DNA of 64,000 nucleotides from Lingula anatina (Eukaryota; Animalia; Brachiopoda): contig CM120648.1 of the NCBI GenBank assembly GCA_051362555.1, forward strand, positions 15,620,587-15,684,586, written 5' to 3'. The notes under the pieces are model-generated. The model saw nothing but the letters and a program-made list of their open reading frames with translations. It had not been told where the DNA came from and did not search any database. The first letter of the stretch is position 1. Each line of letters starts with the position of its first letter. A program made the position numbers and the translations under genes. Shown here one piece after another: positions 1-12,705 of this stretch.

Positions 1-139
1 ACTCACTCCATTGCACTCCATTGCGTGACAGCTGTGACATCTAGGATCTGGTATGCATTGTTTGTCCGATATAAAAATCCTAAAGATATCTTATGATTTC
101 ATATGATGTAACGTGTTGTGGTCCAAAAATTCCCGAGTA

Positions 140-2742
140 TACTGTAAAAACGGTGTTTAGCTCCTAAACACATTTCTAAGCGCCTGTTTTGTCTAATTTT
201 TTGGGCGCGTTTAGCTTCTTAATGTATTTTGGCAATTCTCTTAACTCTATTGTTTGAAACTACATGCTGGTGCTTGGTTGGTTTTTGTTGCAAAAATGAT
301 TCTGTATACATCTTTATCAGGCCTATTTTAAATAAGGCTGGGCACGAAGCATTCGCGCAGGCTCCTCCACGCTTTCAACAGCTCCACATGTTTACAGGGG
401 GAAGTGTTTAGTCAAACTGTTGAGCTTTGTAATAAACTTGTTATGGGACTTATTATGAAACTGATCACATAGCTTAACCCTCAATCACCTTTCAGGGGCC
501 TCGCAGGCCCGGACCCTTGTATCTTTTGCTCTCTCTTCATTCGCATGAGGTTTTGAGCCTGTTCCTTTCATGTAATCCTCAAGCAACTTATACCACATCA
601 ATGGATAAATAATTAGTTTTGAAATAATTTACAACATATGTAGAAATTAACTTTTCCAAAAGTTAGTCCCATTTCCTGGAAACCGGGCCTCTGAGGCCCG
701 GTCGCTTGATAACTTTACTTCCACATGGGATAAATAAGTCCATGTTACCTCAAATAGCTTTGCTATAAAATGTTTTACACAAGCAATATCATGTGTGCTA
801 TGACTATCAGTATGGTCAATGAAATCTGCCTGTGAAAGATTCAAGACCTGGAGAAATTATTATTTATGAGTAATCGGTCACCTTGGTCACCTGATATGCA
901 GATATCAGTTTAAATCTATCATTATTACATACCTGATAGACTGCTCTACCTTTGCGAAACTTTCCATTTTGAGAAAAAAAAAAACGTTTTTCATACACAG
1001 TGTATACTCATGCACCCAGGTGGAGGTAAAGCGAGCAAGGGACTGGTGTAACATGAAAATCTGACTCCCCCAGTCAGATTTTCATAATGAAAATCTGACT
1101 CCCCATGAAAATTTGACTCCCCCTCCACAAATGTTCATAAATCTTATTTTATTTGAGTATATGACTGTGATATTATAGTATGTAAAATGGAGGATACTTT
1201 GGCACTTTTTTTTAAGTTTGCAGGTGAATATTTTCATGAAAAAAATATGAAAATTAAAAATGTGCACTTAACCGCCCATTGTCTCCCCTTTGAAAAAGCT
1301 ATTTATTTGATATTGGATGATCATTTCTACATGTTTCCTTTAAATTTACTTTATGAAGATTATATTGGAAATATTTGAAAGTTTGATGGTAAACTATTGG
1401 GTGAAAAAACTAAATAAAAAAAACATGAAAAATAGAAAATTAAAAATGTGCATTTTATCACCCAATAACTCCCCTATGAAAAAGCTATTTATTTGATATT
1501 TGATGATCATTCTGACATTTTTTTTAGGATACTTTATGAAAAATATATTGGAAATATTTAAAAGTTTGATGATAAAATAGTGAGTGAAAGAATGAAAAAT
1601 AAATCATGAAAATCTTCATTTTTATGCCCATGAGATTTGGATTCCCATAAAGAAAAGGACCTATTTTATATTCAGTCACCATACCATAGTCTACATAGTT
1701 TGCACAGAGATGTACATTTTGTTATTATTTGAAAGTTTGGTGGTGAAAATTTTGGTGAATATTTTTAAAACAAGTATTCATCTTACTACCTGTAGGTTTT
1801 GCACTTCCATGTCAAAATGCTACATTTTTAACTCAAGAAATTGGCCCCATCGCCTTTTTACTTAATTCTTCTTATATAGCATACCCAGTATTTTACCATT
1901 CAAACTTTCAAATATTTCCAATATATTCTTCATTAGGTATCCTTAAAGAAAAGATGTCAGAATGATCATCAAATATCAAATAGATAGCCTTTTCATAGGG
2001 GAGTCATTGGGTGTTAGAATACATATCTTTAATTTTTCTTATTTTTCATGTGTTTTTTTATTATTTTTTTCACCCAATTTTTTAACCATCAAACTTTCAA
2101 GTACTTTCAATATATTCCTCATAAAGTATCCTCTGAGAAAAGATGTCAGAATGATCACCAAATATGAAATAAATAGCTTTTTCATAGGGGGGTCATCGGG
2201 TGTTAGAATATAAATCTTTCATTTTTTCTTATTTTTTAATGTGTTTTTTTTTTAATTATCATTTTTTTCACCCAATTTTTTAACCATTAAACTTTCAAGT
2301 ACTTTCAATATATTCCTCATAAAGTATCCTCAAAGAAAAGATGTTGAAATGGTCATCAAATGTCAAATAAATAGCTTTTTCATAGGGGAGTCCTTGGGTG
2401 GTAAAATAAAAATCTTTAATTTTTTTTAAATTTTTCATGAAAATTTTCACCTGCACACTAACAAAAAGTGCCAATGTGTCCTCCATTATGCATACTACAA
2501 GATCATAGTCATTTACTCAAATTAAATTAGATTTTTTTATGTTTTTTGGGGGGAGTCAGATTTTCATGGTACACCGGGCCTCTGAGGCCCGGTTTCAGGG
2601 TTTACGTAGGGTTCCATTTCCTTGTGGATGAGGGTTAAAGTGCCACACTTCTAAGCATGTTAAACATTTTCGTCTGTTCGTGTTTAGCTTTAACACAGAT
2701 TTCTTTTAAGCGTTTAAAATGTTAAACACTGTTTTTACAGTG
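140..2742. mobile_element. Non-autonomous TIR element, EnSpm/CMC-like (CACTG termini, TA flanks)
   Basis: Left TA|TACTGTAAAAACGGTGTTTA at 138-159 and right TAAACACTGTTTTTACAGTG|TA at 2723-2744 form an inverted pair with 2 mismatches. No transposase ORF. Hosts the nested element at 1043-2577. Confidence 0.6.
1043..2577. mobile_element. Foldback-type MITE with long internal inverted repeats (copy 1)
   Basis: Ends C(T/C)GGTGTAACATGAAAATCTGACTCCCC ... GGGGAGTCAGATTTTCATGGTACACCGG. About 1140-1560 is the reverse complement of about 1880-2520. A second copy is at 34606-36061. Confidence 0.8.
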
Positions 2743-4143
2743 TAATATGGCGGCCTCCATATTACACTGTAATGTTGGGTCACGCATTATAGGTACATAG
2801 AAGGTTTAAACGGTTACCACGCTAAAAAAGTACAAGAGATTGTAAGTGCACGGAAAACGTATTTGTCGGCAAGATGGAAAAATGGTAGTGAGGCCAGATG
2901 TTTTATCATTTATTTAAGGTAGATCGGTCGTTACATGTTCCAACGTTCGAATTTTTTTAAAGTTTTTTTGTTTGAAGAGACACCCAAGTACATTAAAAAT
3001 TTGCAAAAAAAATTGGGGGTCACCGACCAAATAAGAGAACTATGCCCAAGTATGTTACACCCTGCATATCGCACTAGTCCCCATTCAAATCAATGGGAAA
3101 ATGGGTGTTTTTTCACTAAAGCATTATTTTTTTATGATTTCCTAACGTTCGAATTTTTTTTAATTTTTTTTATGTAAAGAGGCATCCAAGTACATTTAAA
3201 TTTTGCCAAAAAAATTGGGGGTCACCGACCAAATAAGAGAACTACGCCAAGTTGAAGTGCATTACACCCTGCGTGACGCACTAGTCGCCATTCAAATGAA
3301 TGGGAAAATGGGCGTTTTTTTTCACTAAAAAGTTATTTTTTTTAATGATTTTCTAACGTTTGAATTTTTATGTTTGGTTTGTGTGGAGAGACATCCAAGT
3401 ACATTTAAAACTTTCATTATGTTTAACAGATGAAGTGAGTATACTAAGTACATGTATTTCCAGATTTGTCATACTGATGCGAAGGTGTAAGCCATTAACT
3501 TTACAACAGATTTATTGAAGAGGGAAATATGTCATGCATGTGAAAATAGTTTATTGCCGTTGTTATCTATTTATGTAATGAATATAATATAAATGTAATT
3601 TTTGGCTCCCCCCCCCCCCCCCTTAAAAATGGAAATCAGCACACAGAAAAATCTCATTAATATTGTATGTACCAGCACCACTCAAAAAGTCAAAAATCCA
3701 CCAATAGCTTGAAAATTTTCAACAACACTGCCCTTCAAGAAATCGACGGTAAGACGTTTTTTTTCGCGGTTTTGCCCGTCATGCCCATCGTAAACACTGT
3801 GTTGTCAAGTAAAATGAAGCGTCTGATACAAAGTATCAAACGCGGCATTCACATGCTTGCTTGTGATGCTTTCAGTACACTTTGTTTACACTGACAAGTC
3901 GAGGTCAGAATTTTTTTCTGTATAATGTTACGCAGTTTAAAATTTGATTAGTGCATTTTCTTCAAGCTGTATGGCCATTTTCTGAACATTTGTATAAGCT
4001 ACGAAATATTTCTCATCGGAAAATCACCCAACAGCTTTCCAAGTACAAGTGAGTAATGTACAGTTTTCGTCTAGCGTTCTACCTCAAAATATACGCAACC
4101 GCTTTGGTTGAAATTTACAAGACTTATTCTTTACATGATATAG

Positions 4144-6268
4144 TGCGGTGGCCCACAAGTGCACTCCAAATTCCAAACGACACTCCCAATTCTAAACCTC
4201 ACACCGAATACTTAAACTTCACTCTCAATTCTTAAACCTCACTCCGAATTCGTAAACCTCACTCCGAATTCGTAAACCCCATTCCGAATTCGCAAACCTC
4301 ACTCCGAATTCGTAAACCTCACTCCAAATTGAAAAAGCTCACTCCGAATTCGCAAACCTCATTCCGAATTCGTAAACCTCACTCCGAATTGAAAAAGCTC
4401 ACTCCGAATTCGCAAACCTCACTCCGAATTCGTAAACCTCACTCCGAATTCAAAAAGCTCACTCCCAATTCCACTATGCCAATTCTCATCAAAGTTCTCT
4501 TCGTAAAGCTCACTCCTAATTCCACTATGCCCATTCTCATCAAAGTTCTCTTCGAGAAATCTTATGAAACAGTAATTCGTCTGGGGCAAATAATTTTTTT
4601 TTTTAGCTGGGCGCTTCCAGTGAAAGGTTCGAGAGAGTTTTAGCAAACAGTGCGAATTGTGTTACATTTTGGTTTGCGTGATACATACCTTACGAAAATA
4701 AACCAACAGTTTACGTCACAAGGTCAATTGACTTCTCCAGCTATTTTCAGTATTTTTCACAATTACACACACACACATACACACACTCTCTCTCGCCAGG
4801 GACACAAATTGGGGGCAAGAAGCAATTTACAGGTTTACCATTATAAATAAAAGGACAAATTAAGTGACACTGCTCCCAATTTTCTCAACATAGGATTGAT
4901 ACTACTAATAATCCATACATGTCAGGGGTGGATCCAGGATTATTTGAAGGGGGATCTTTTTTTTTATTTTTTTTTTTTTTTTGGAATGACAGGCTGCACA
5001 TGCAGAGCTGCCCCCCCCCCCCCCCCTTATAGGGCGAACAGTGCTATTTGGTACGTTTTAGAACTATTATTCAAAATTCTAATTTTAACATTGGTGTGAT
5101 TTTTTTTTACAGAATTCAAAAGGGGGGTCAAGACCCCCCTCACACGCCTCCCCCCCCCCCATCCACCACTGCATGTTATTCATTCGAAATCGATTAAAAA
5201 AGTGTAATTAATCTGATTAATTTCAATTATTAGATTATCTATGATCTTAGATGAATATTTCAGCTGCAAAAGAGTGAGGGGCTACTAATTACTATTATCA
5301 AGTATACTCGGTTATATAACAGGTACATGTGTAGCCCTACAGTATATGATAATACGGATTGTTTTGCCCATTTATAAATAATATAAGCCAATGTCGACAC
5401 CCTGAAACATGTTATCTGTATTAAACATTCATTTCAAAATAATCATGTGAAAATGCTTGAAGTTGTAAATAATAAATAACGCACGTTTATTTACATACAT
5501 GTAGTGCATAAATCTGTTCCTTCCAACGCTGTTTCAACTCGTAATTCTGTTCTCATATTCATAATACATGTATAATTCCTTAAAACGACACACACAAGAA
5601 AACACGTAAACATAATATATTTTAATTGTGACTTGCTGTTAAGTACATGTATGTTTATCCCTATTTTCTTCATTTCTTCTATTTCCTTGAGCTTAAAAGG
5701 GTCATACGTCTACGTCATCATTTTGTGAATGGGAATACAGCGCACCAAGTAGTATGAAAAATAACTAGTTTTCACACAAAGCCCTCTATTGGCAAAATCC
5801 CCTAGCCCATCTTAGAATATTACTTCCGACTTTATACGGCAGTGAACGGGGTTAAAATATGAATTCGGAGTGAGGTTTACGAATTCGGAGTGAGCTTTTT
5901 CAATTCGGAGTGAGGTTTACGAATTCGGAGTGAGCTTTTTCAATTCGGAGTGGGGTTTACGAATTCGGAGTGGGGTTTACGAATTCGGAGTGAGGTTTGC
6001 GAATTCGGAGTGAGCTTTTTCAATTCGGAGTGAGGTTTACGAATTCGGAGTGGGGTTTACGAATTCGGAGTGAGGTTTGCGAATTTGGAGTGAGCTTTTT
6101 CAATTTGGAGTGAGGTTTACGAATTCGGAGTGAGGTTTGCGAATTCGGAGTGGGGTTTACGAATTCGGAGTGGGGTTTTAGAATTGAGAGTGAAGTTTAA
6201 GTATTCGGTGTGAGGTTTAGAATTGGGAGTGTCGTTTGGAATTTGGAGTGCACTTGTGGGCCACCGCA
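4144..6268. mobile_element. Non-autonomous IS3EU-like element with about 20-bp minisatellite arms
   Basis: TIR TGCGGTGGCCCACAAGTGCACTCCAAATTCC... at both ends with 6-bp TSD ATATAG (4138-4143, 6269-6274). Arrays of ACTCCGAATTCGTAAACCTC at 4200-4470 and inverted at 5860-6220. Confidence 0.8.
4923..5171. mobile_element. Short MITE with CAG termini
   Basis: CAGGGGTGGATCC ... ATCCACCACTG imperfect TIR, CATGT on both flanks, G/C homopolymer interior. Confidence 0.55.
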
Positions 6269-7569
6269 ATATAGAACCTACGTGCATAATTTGTGAGCGT
6301 TAGCTGTCATTCTTTTTCTACAGTGCCCATTCAAATTTGAAAAAGCTATTTCCGTCGATTTCTTGAAGGGCAAGTCTATGAACGTTCTACAGTTGTCGTA
6401 TGGAATCATAGTCGACTCATAGTCGGGGAATGTTGTCGAAAACCTATATCGATCATACCGAGTTAAAGACAAGTTGATAATGTTTGTTTATCTTATAGAT
6501 AATTGTTTTATTTCCTTAAACTGATAAAACAGACTGAAATGTCGTTAGAGACGATTGACGATGCGCTGAAATTGCGCAAATCGTCAAATTACGTAACGAC
6601 CGATCTACCTTACAATGACATTTTGCTCCTGGTTTAAAGTGAATGGAAGGTCTTATAGTTTCGAGCCGCAGCCAGAGCTGTTGTTATTAATTTAGATCCA
6701 CAGATGGCAAATGGAATAAGCTCCCCGAAGCTTTCTCTATTAGGCTGCAGTGGAGTCACAAGCCTCTAGGGGCATACTAAACGCTCTATATAGCGCTGCG
6801 GGAGAGGACTGAAGGCCCACTGTTCCAGGTTAATTGATTGGTATGGAGACGACAGTCCTTACCTAACCAGACGATGTTGATGCAGTTCGGAAAGGTATGG
6901 TGAAAACGGTCAAGGTTCCGATAACCCATGGCAGTGGGAACAGTGTGACAGGAATAAGAGTCTGGTGTGACTGAAAGTCCGGGACCCTCAGTTTCACAAA
7001 CCAAGGATCCTCCTCTCTGAAACTGAGGGCCCACATTGAAAAACGGGGTCTTTGCGATAGATTGTGGAACGAAGAGTCCCCCGGACTTTATATCATATCC
7101 GGTCTCTACGTTTCGTTACAGTTAGGACACTCCTAAATAACTCCTAAATGACTCTACCGATATTTTAAAGTATTTACCTATTTTTTTCACAAAAACCTTT
7201 TATCTGGAAATGTCTATTGCAGCAAAGATGAGGTGCTTTAAACATCAGTTTAAATGTATAACGTAAAACAGCTCCCAGAAAATACCCATCACAAAATGAA
7301 ATGACCCTTTGATGAACATATGTCTGGAACTAACGTTTTTATAATGCATCATGTAACGTTGAGTTGCACATTTTCACCGTGGATCCATCTTGCATTCGGA
7401 GGTACTTGAACGATGGCACGTATGCAGCCGGTACAGCAATTAATAAAAAACGTTGCATACGCAGAAGTGAGTCAAAACACAATCAGGTAGGTGGCTGTGT
7501 GGTAATATTTTAACATTTGTGCATTGACCCTTCATTTATTATTAAAGTGTCATTGAAAATATACTTATT

Positions 7570-8330
7570 TTATGACACGTTTTGAAGAGTTTGGATGGTG
7601 ATATCATTCCACGCAGTGATATTTGCCTGGCGTAGTTCATCACGCTTTACCATCCGATGGCTATAACTATTAATTATGTGACTAATTTCCGCCCACAGAT
7701 TTTTAATTGGGTTCATATCCAGGTCAAGGCAGTAGCTGAACCCATTGATTTTGAAGAAAAACACTGATTCTGCGAGCTCGATGTGGGGGTGCGTAGTGGT
7801 CCTGGTACACAAAGTTGTTCCTGAAGATGACTCTTACAAAGGGAAGCATTGTTTGCTGTAGAATGTCTCTGTAGGAAGCCTGATTGAGGTTGCATGCCCT
7901 CTAGAAAAACCAACTGGTTCTGGGTACAAACCAACTGGTTAATGAACTGCTCCCCAAACACAGACGTTACCACCCCCTGCTTGCATCCTAGGTAGTGCAC
8001 AACCATCGTTTTATGCCTTTCGTACACGTCGGCGGACACGGATTCGACCGAAAGCCCTAAAAATTCAAAATTTGGCCTCATCACTTAAAACGACGTGATG
8101 TCAGTGGTTTCGCTGCAAAAGCATGGGACACCCAGCCAATGCAGACGACGCTGTATATGACTGCTGTTAACAGTGGTTTCCCTACTGGTATTCATGCAAA
8201 ATAACCGGCTTACAGCTATCTTATGTTCGCGGGGGATCTTGAAACGGGCGTTTGAATGACACACTGTCACTCTTTTCTGAGGACACTGGTTGTGTTTGTA
8301 CGACCAGAACGGTACATTTGTATTTCAAGT
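7570..8330 (-). pseudogene. Degenerate Tc1/mariner transposase fragment
   Basis: Minus-strand pieces RSGRT (HTH-side RSGRP motif) and DLDMNPIKNLWAEI...AWNDI (SPDLNPIENLW motif). Many stops and frameshifts. Confidence 0.75.
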
Positions 8331-8913
8331 GTAGGACAACATACATCCAACTTTTTATAAACAGGGTCATCCCATGGGGTTAGGAAATATGACCTAGGGG
8401 CAGCTTACAATAGCAAGAACACTCCTAAAAATTAGACCCAGTGGGTATTTATGTAAAAAAGCAGCTTACAAAAAGCATCTTGTCCCTTATTTTCGCACCA
8501 TTTACTCACTATAGAATTACATTGAAAGTATAATTGTTTCTCAGGGAAAAGCAGTTTCAAAACAATTAACTGTAACCCTTTATTTACTACCTGCATTTTA
8601 CTTAGATTTCCACTGTGGCAATAATCAACTTTACTTTTTTATACTATAATAAAAGTTTTGGAATACAGTGTAATCACACATCTGACACCGATATTTTACA
8701 ATCTGCTTTTAATGACATGAGGTAATTGACTGGTGTTGCGTTACAAACACAGTGGTCATATTCACTATGAGCTAGGTATAGTGTGGATGTTTATCTGCAT
8801 CATGTGTTGTTCAAATTAAAAAAAAAAGTTCATGGAGGATATAAAAAAGTATAATGCATATTGTTCGTAAATAAGGCCACGCAACATTCATCATACTGAC
8901 ACACCGCCATTAC

Positions 8914-9353
8914 CTTTTCCGTGTTTATTTCCCTGATAATTTGTCCTTCTCCAGTACACGCTCCAAGACTTCGCAAGTAGGGCTCTAAAATGGGATACAT
9001 TTATTCTGCAAACATGTTTTGTTTTGATTTCTGATAAGTAAAATGCGGCATTCGCTACATATTGCAACTTTTCGCTTATTATAATTATTCATATTGATAG
9101 AGTGAGAGAAAGTTTCATCCACAATTAAAACCTATTTGTGCAAAATATATAAAAATTATAACATGTCGATTTCCATATTTAAACCCTTATTTTAAACGAG
9201 ATTGGTCATAATTATTTGCTGTTATCAACTGAAAAGCTGGTTATATACAGGGTATATACCAACAAGGATTGGAAACGGTTTACCTGCCCCTAAAGCGTAA
9301 TTGCTGTCACTCTTCTCCTGCGACATAACTTTAGTAACGTCAGTGGCGATCAC
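8914..9353 (-). CDS. Two exons of a Cys-rich TNFR-like ectodomain paralog (partial gene)
   Basis: Exons 9353-9284 (70 nt, VIATDVTKVMSQEKSDSNYALGA) and 8984-8914 (71 nt, EPYLRSLGACTGEGQIIREINTEK) have AG/GT sites and matching phases. They are homologous, including intron flanks, to exons 34515-34584 and 36311-36363. Confidence 0.65.
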
Positions 9354-11622
9354 CTGTGCATAAGAATTACAATACTTATAAAGATGATAGAGAAGCTTGC
9401 GTGCTAATAATGACAACCGGCACATGTGAATAATTACACAAGTTATTGAATAAAAAGCACATTGTTCATTTAATAAAATGGTATTTGCGGAAACACAGCC
9501 CATAGGTGTCTGACATACAAATTGTTAGTGTTAAATAAACAGCATATGCTAGGGATGTCATTTATATATACCTGTATGAACAGTAATTTTCGTATTATCC
9601 CAAAATCCAGATACTGGTTTCGATACTAAAACCGGCATTAATTAATTCCCATAGTGAATTTTAGTAAAGTAATAATTTGTCACTATTGTCCGAGTGTGTA
9701 CTAGCTTTATGTCATAAAACAGAGGAAGGGGAGAGAAAATATTAACTTTATAAATATGGTAGCACATATTTTAATGAATAATATATTTTATGAAGGCAAG
9801 AGAGATGCCAATTAGTTTCATAAGTCATTTACGCATTTTATATCCCATTATTTGTGTGAAGTTGGTAAAGAATTCAGCAGATTCGAACATAATTGAATAA
9901 AAGTTATCTTTAAAATAATCCAATCACACCAGTTAGCCAATTCTTTATTTCACCCTGAAAATTTAACAACCATTCCCCTTAATATTTATTGGCTATCATT
10001 CATATTTTCTTTCTAACACATTCATCTTATTAACATTCACTATCAGATTTAACATTAGATCTATCATATAAAAGTTAACTATAATCAAAAGGTATTCTAT
10101 CTCAATATGATATCATTTTAAGCTAACTAGAAGGTTTTCAAAGTTGTTATATAATAAAACTTACAAGTCACTAAGAAAGAAATGTTTAGTTCATGGTGTG
10201 AGAATTGAGAACATTGAGAAATGGATAACAGAGAGCTATCAACCTCGCCAAAATGATACTCTCTACAACTGATATCCTCCCGTATTTTCTCCCACCTTTT
10301 ATTGATTCATTTAGATAAAAAGTTTTACCATAAAAATAATTTTGTTGAAAATCATTTTTATCATTAACAAATGTCACAGATGACATAATCCAATGGAATG
10401 ATTACATTGTATTTTTTGTTACTGTTGTTGATTTATTCAAATAAAATGCAGTGTGATCATATGCAGTATTTAAGTGGGACCATGACATTAGAGGGTAGGC
10501 ATAGTTGTGCATTGACAAAATCGCACCTTATGCATCATACTGCCTCTGACACACAAGTCACTATCCCGCTAGTCAAGAGCTACTTGACACAGTGATTGTC
10601 GACAGCCAAGAGCAAGATCGATGCATTAGGATAAAACCTTAAACAATCACCATTTGTTCACTTGCAAAATTAAATGGGTTCTGTGGTTTTAGTAGGTACG
10701 ATTTCATATCCTTTATTAACTCTGACATATTTAAAGGACTTTGTCCCGACATATTTTTAGGAAAATGACACCTGGGGTACCTGTCATCATATGAGATTCA
10801 GACTCCTGTTCCTGCTTTGCATGTATGTATTTTGTTTAAAATAAATATTTAAATGTTCTCAATTGAGATTGTATAAGATGATGCACAGTGCAAGGTGTAA
10901 ATTTTGTTTAGATGTATCATCAGAATTACGGCTGGAAACAAAGAAAAATATTGTATGTGCTACTCTCTTCAGCTTCCAAAATGCCTCGAATAGAACAGAG
11001 TAGTAGTGTTATCCTCTAGCATTGTGTATTATAAAGATTTTCGCTTTACAAAAAAAGCCTCTGTTGTGAAAATACGAAACATACCGATATTTATCAATAA
11101 GGCCAAGAGGGAGCATACGAGCCACTCGACAGGAATATACTCAAGATGCACAACGATATTCTTCTGGCTCTTATCAATTGATAAGAAACAAGTGATACAT
11201 AAGTAGTAGATATCTAAGTACTAGATTTGTCTTCGGTCTTTGGAACAATTGATCAGATATTTTGTTCAACAGACTGAAAAATTGTTTCAGTAATGTATAG
11301 ATGGCATTGTATTGGCATGGTTTAAATCATACCTGACCGTTTTTACCTTCAATACTTCTATATCTAGCAGAACGTCTTTATCAGAGATTGACGTTATCCA
11401 TCCATTTTTACTTGTCCAGTGACGACGAGAATAAATTTATTATAATGGACGCGGGATGAAACATTGCTTGGTTTGGACGTCTTTCACTCAATACACCTGT
11501 TTATTGAAGTGTTAAGATAGTATCGCATCAATGGTCCCCTCTTGAAATTACATTGTAAAAATTTGAAATTGTAAAATTACAATGTAGACTTTTGACTAGT
11601 TGAAACATAGTTCAAACAAGTT

Positions 11623-11882
11623 TATGGAGCGCCATTCACGCAAAAAATGCAGACGTCAATTCAACAATCTATCGGCACTATTTAACAGCCAAAACCTACT
11701 TTAACTATCTAAACTTAATTCTACTAAATTAGTTGTGGTCATTTTAATCATTCATCAAAATCTAACAATCAATAATAACGATTCAAAAGTCAGTTACTGC
11801 AACTCAACAATCAGTCACCGCAACTCAACAATCAGTCACCACAACTCAACAATGTATCAATGTATTTTTGCGTGAATGGCGT
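11623..11882 (+). mobile_element. Short internally deleted copy of the IS3EU-like (TATGG) element
   Basis: TATGGAGCGCCATTCACGCAAAAAATGC... is nearly identical to 24387-24640. A partial inverted end TTTTTGCGTGAATGGCG is at 11865-11881. Confidence 0.7.
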
Positions 11883-12201
11883 GAAAGCATGGTGGTTAGT
11901 TTAAGAATAATGGTGTGTTTCTCCAAGACATTGTCACACAGCATGTGGGGAATAATATTTATTAGGCAAATAGTACTAAAGAACCTCGGGGCACGAATAG
12001 TAGTAAAGGGTCTATAAATGGCCGGTGGTGAATTAGGCTGTTCGGACTTCCTATATCGTAATATCGGCGGATAAGAACAGGCTTGTTTTGTTGTATCAAA
12101 GTCGTCAGTAGATGGCGTGTAAAATAATATCGTTTCTGATCAGAATTATAAACCCGTACATGGTGATTGGGGTTCACGTCTTAGATTTTTTTAAGCACGA
12201 T

Positions 12202-12264
12202 AAAATTTCCCAGCCTTGGTGACCTTGTGAAAATAATAATAAGAAAAGTGCCCTGGGAAATTCC
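12202..12264 (+). promoter_or_regulatory. Putative NF-kB (kappaB) sites upstream of the TNF start codon
   Basis: GGGAAATTCC at 12255-12264 matches GGGRNWYYCC. A kB-like GGGAAATTTT lies on the minus strand at 12202-12211. Both are about 75-140 bp before the ATG. Confidence 0.5.
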
Positions 12265-12339
12265 AAACAGATTTGTACTAGTTACTCTCCAAAAACAAAC
12301 TGCAACTAGGTTGATCAAAATTAGGCTGATCCATTCCTA

Positions 12340-12705
12340 ATGATGATGAATTTCCATGGTCGTCACTTCCAGCATCGCCCTGTACATGAATATGACGAGC
12401 CACCAATGATACCAATACCTTCTTCACTGTACTCGGACCAGTCCTCGACCACTGACGGTCTGTACGCCTCCATCAGACCTTCTAACATCACCACCGTAGG
12501 TCCGGCCTCCTTCGACGACTTCAGTGAGGATGATAATAGTCACCAAGAGCAACATACAACTCGTTTTTACGGGAAACTAAAGCGGCTGCGTTTTTACCTC
12601 ATGGCTATCTTCATTATGTGGTGTTTACAGATGATAGCCATAGTGGTGGTGGGGGCTGTGATTCACCTTCATCGACATGACGGCGACAAAGCGTCTACCG
12701 GGGAA
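12340..12705 (+). CDS. TNF ligand exon 1 (cytoplasmic tail + transmembrane helix)
   Basis: ORF 12340 ends at donor GAA|GTAAGT (12706). Contains the hydrophobic TM stretch. Confidence 0.88.

Larger units (their letters stand above)
2918..6609. mobile_element. Non-autonomous Kolobok-like DNA transposon
   Basis: TTAA|GGTAGATCGGTCGTTAC ... GTAACGACCGATCTACC|TTAC: perfect 17-bp TIR, near-TTAA target, GG terminus. About 190-bp subterminal tandem repeats at 2935-3410. Confidence 0.7.

Noticed and set aside
4329-4646. ORFs with KKLTPNSQTS repeats
   Set aside because: Translation of the 20-bp minisatellite arm of a transposon.
6786-7112. Possible minus-strand exon with GTAAG donor (about 6861) as a continuation of the Cys-rich paralog
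   Set aside because: All frames from the apparent acceptor hit stops, and there is no similarity to the CWC exon at 37076.
11962-12177. 71-aa ORF present twice (also 27840-28052)
   Set aside because: The identity is explained by the recent inverted duplication. Non-ATG start and no domain features.
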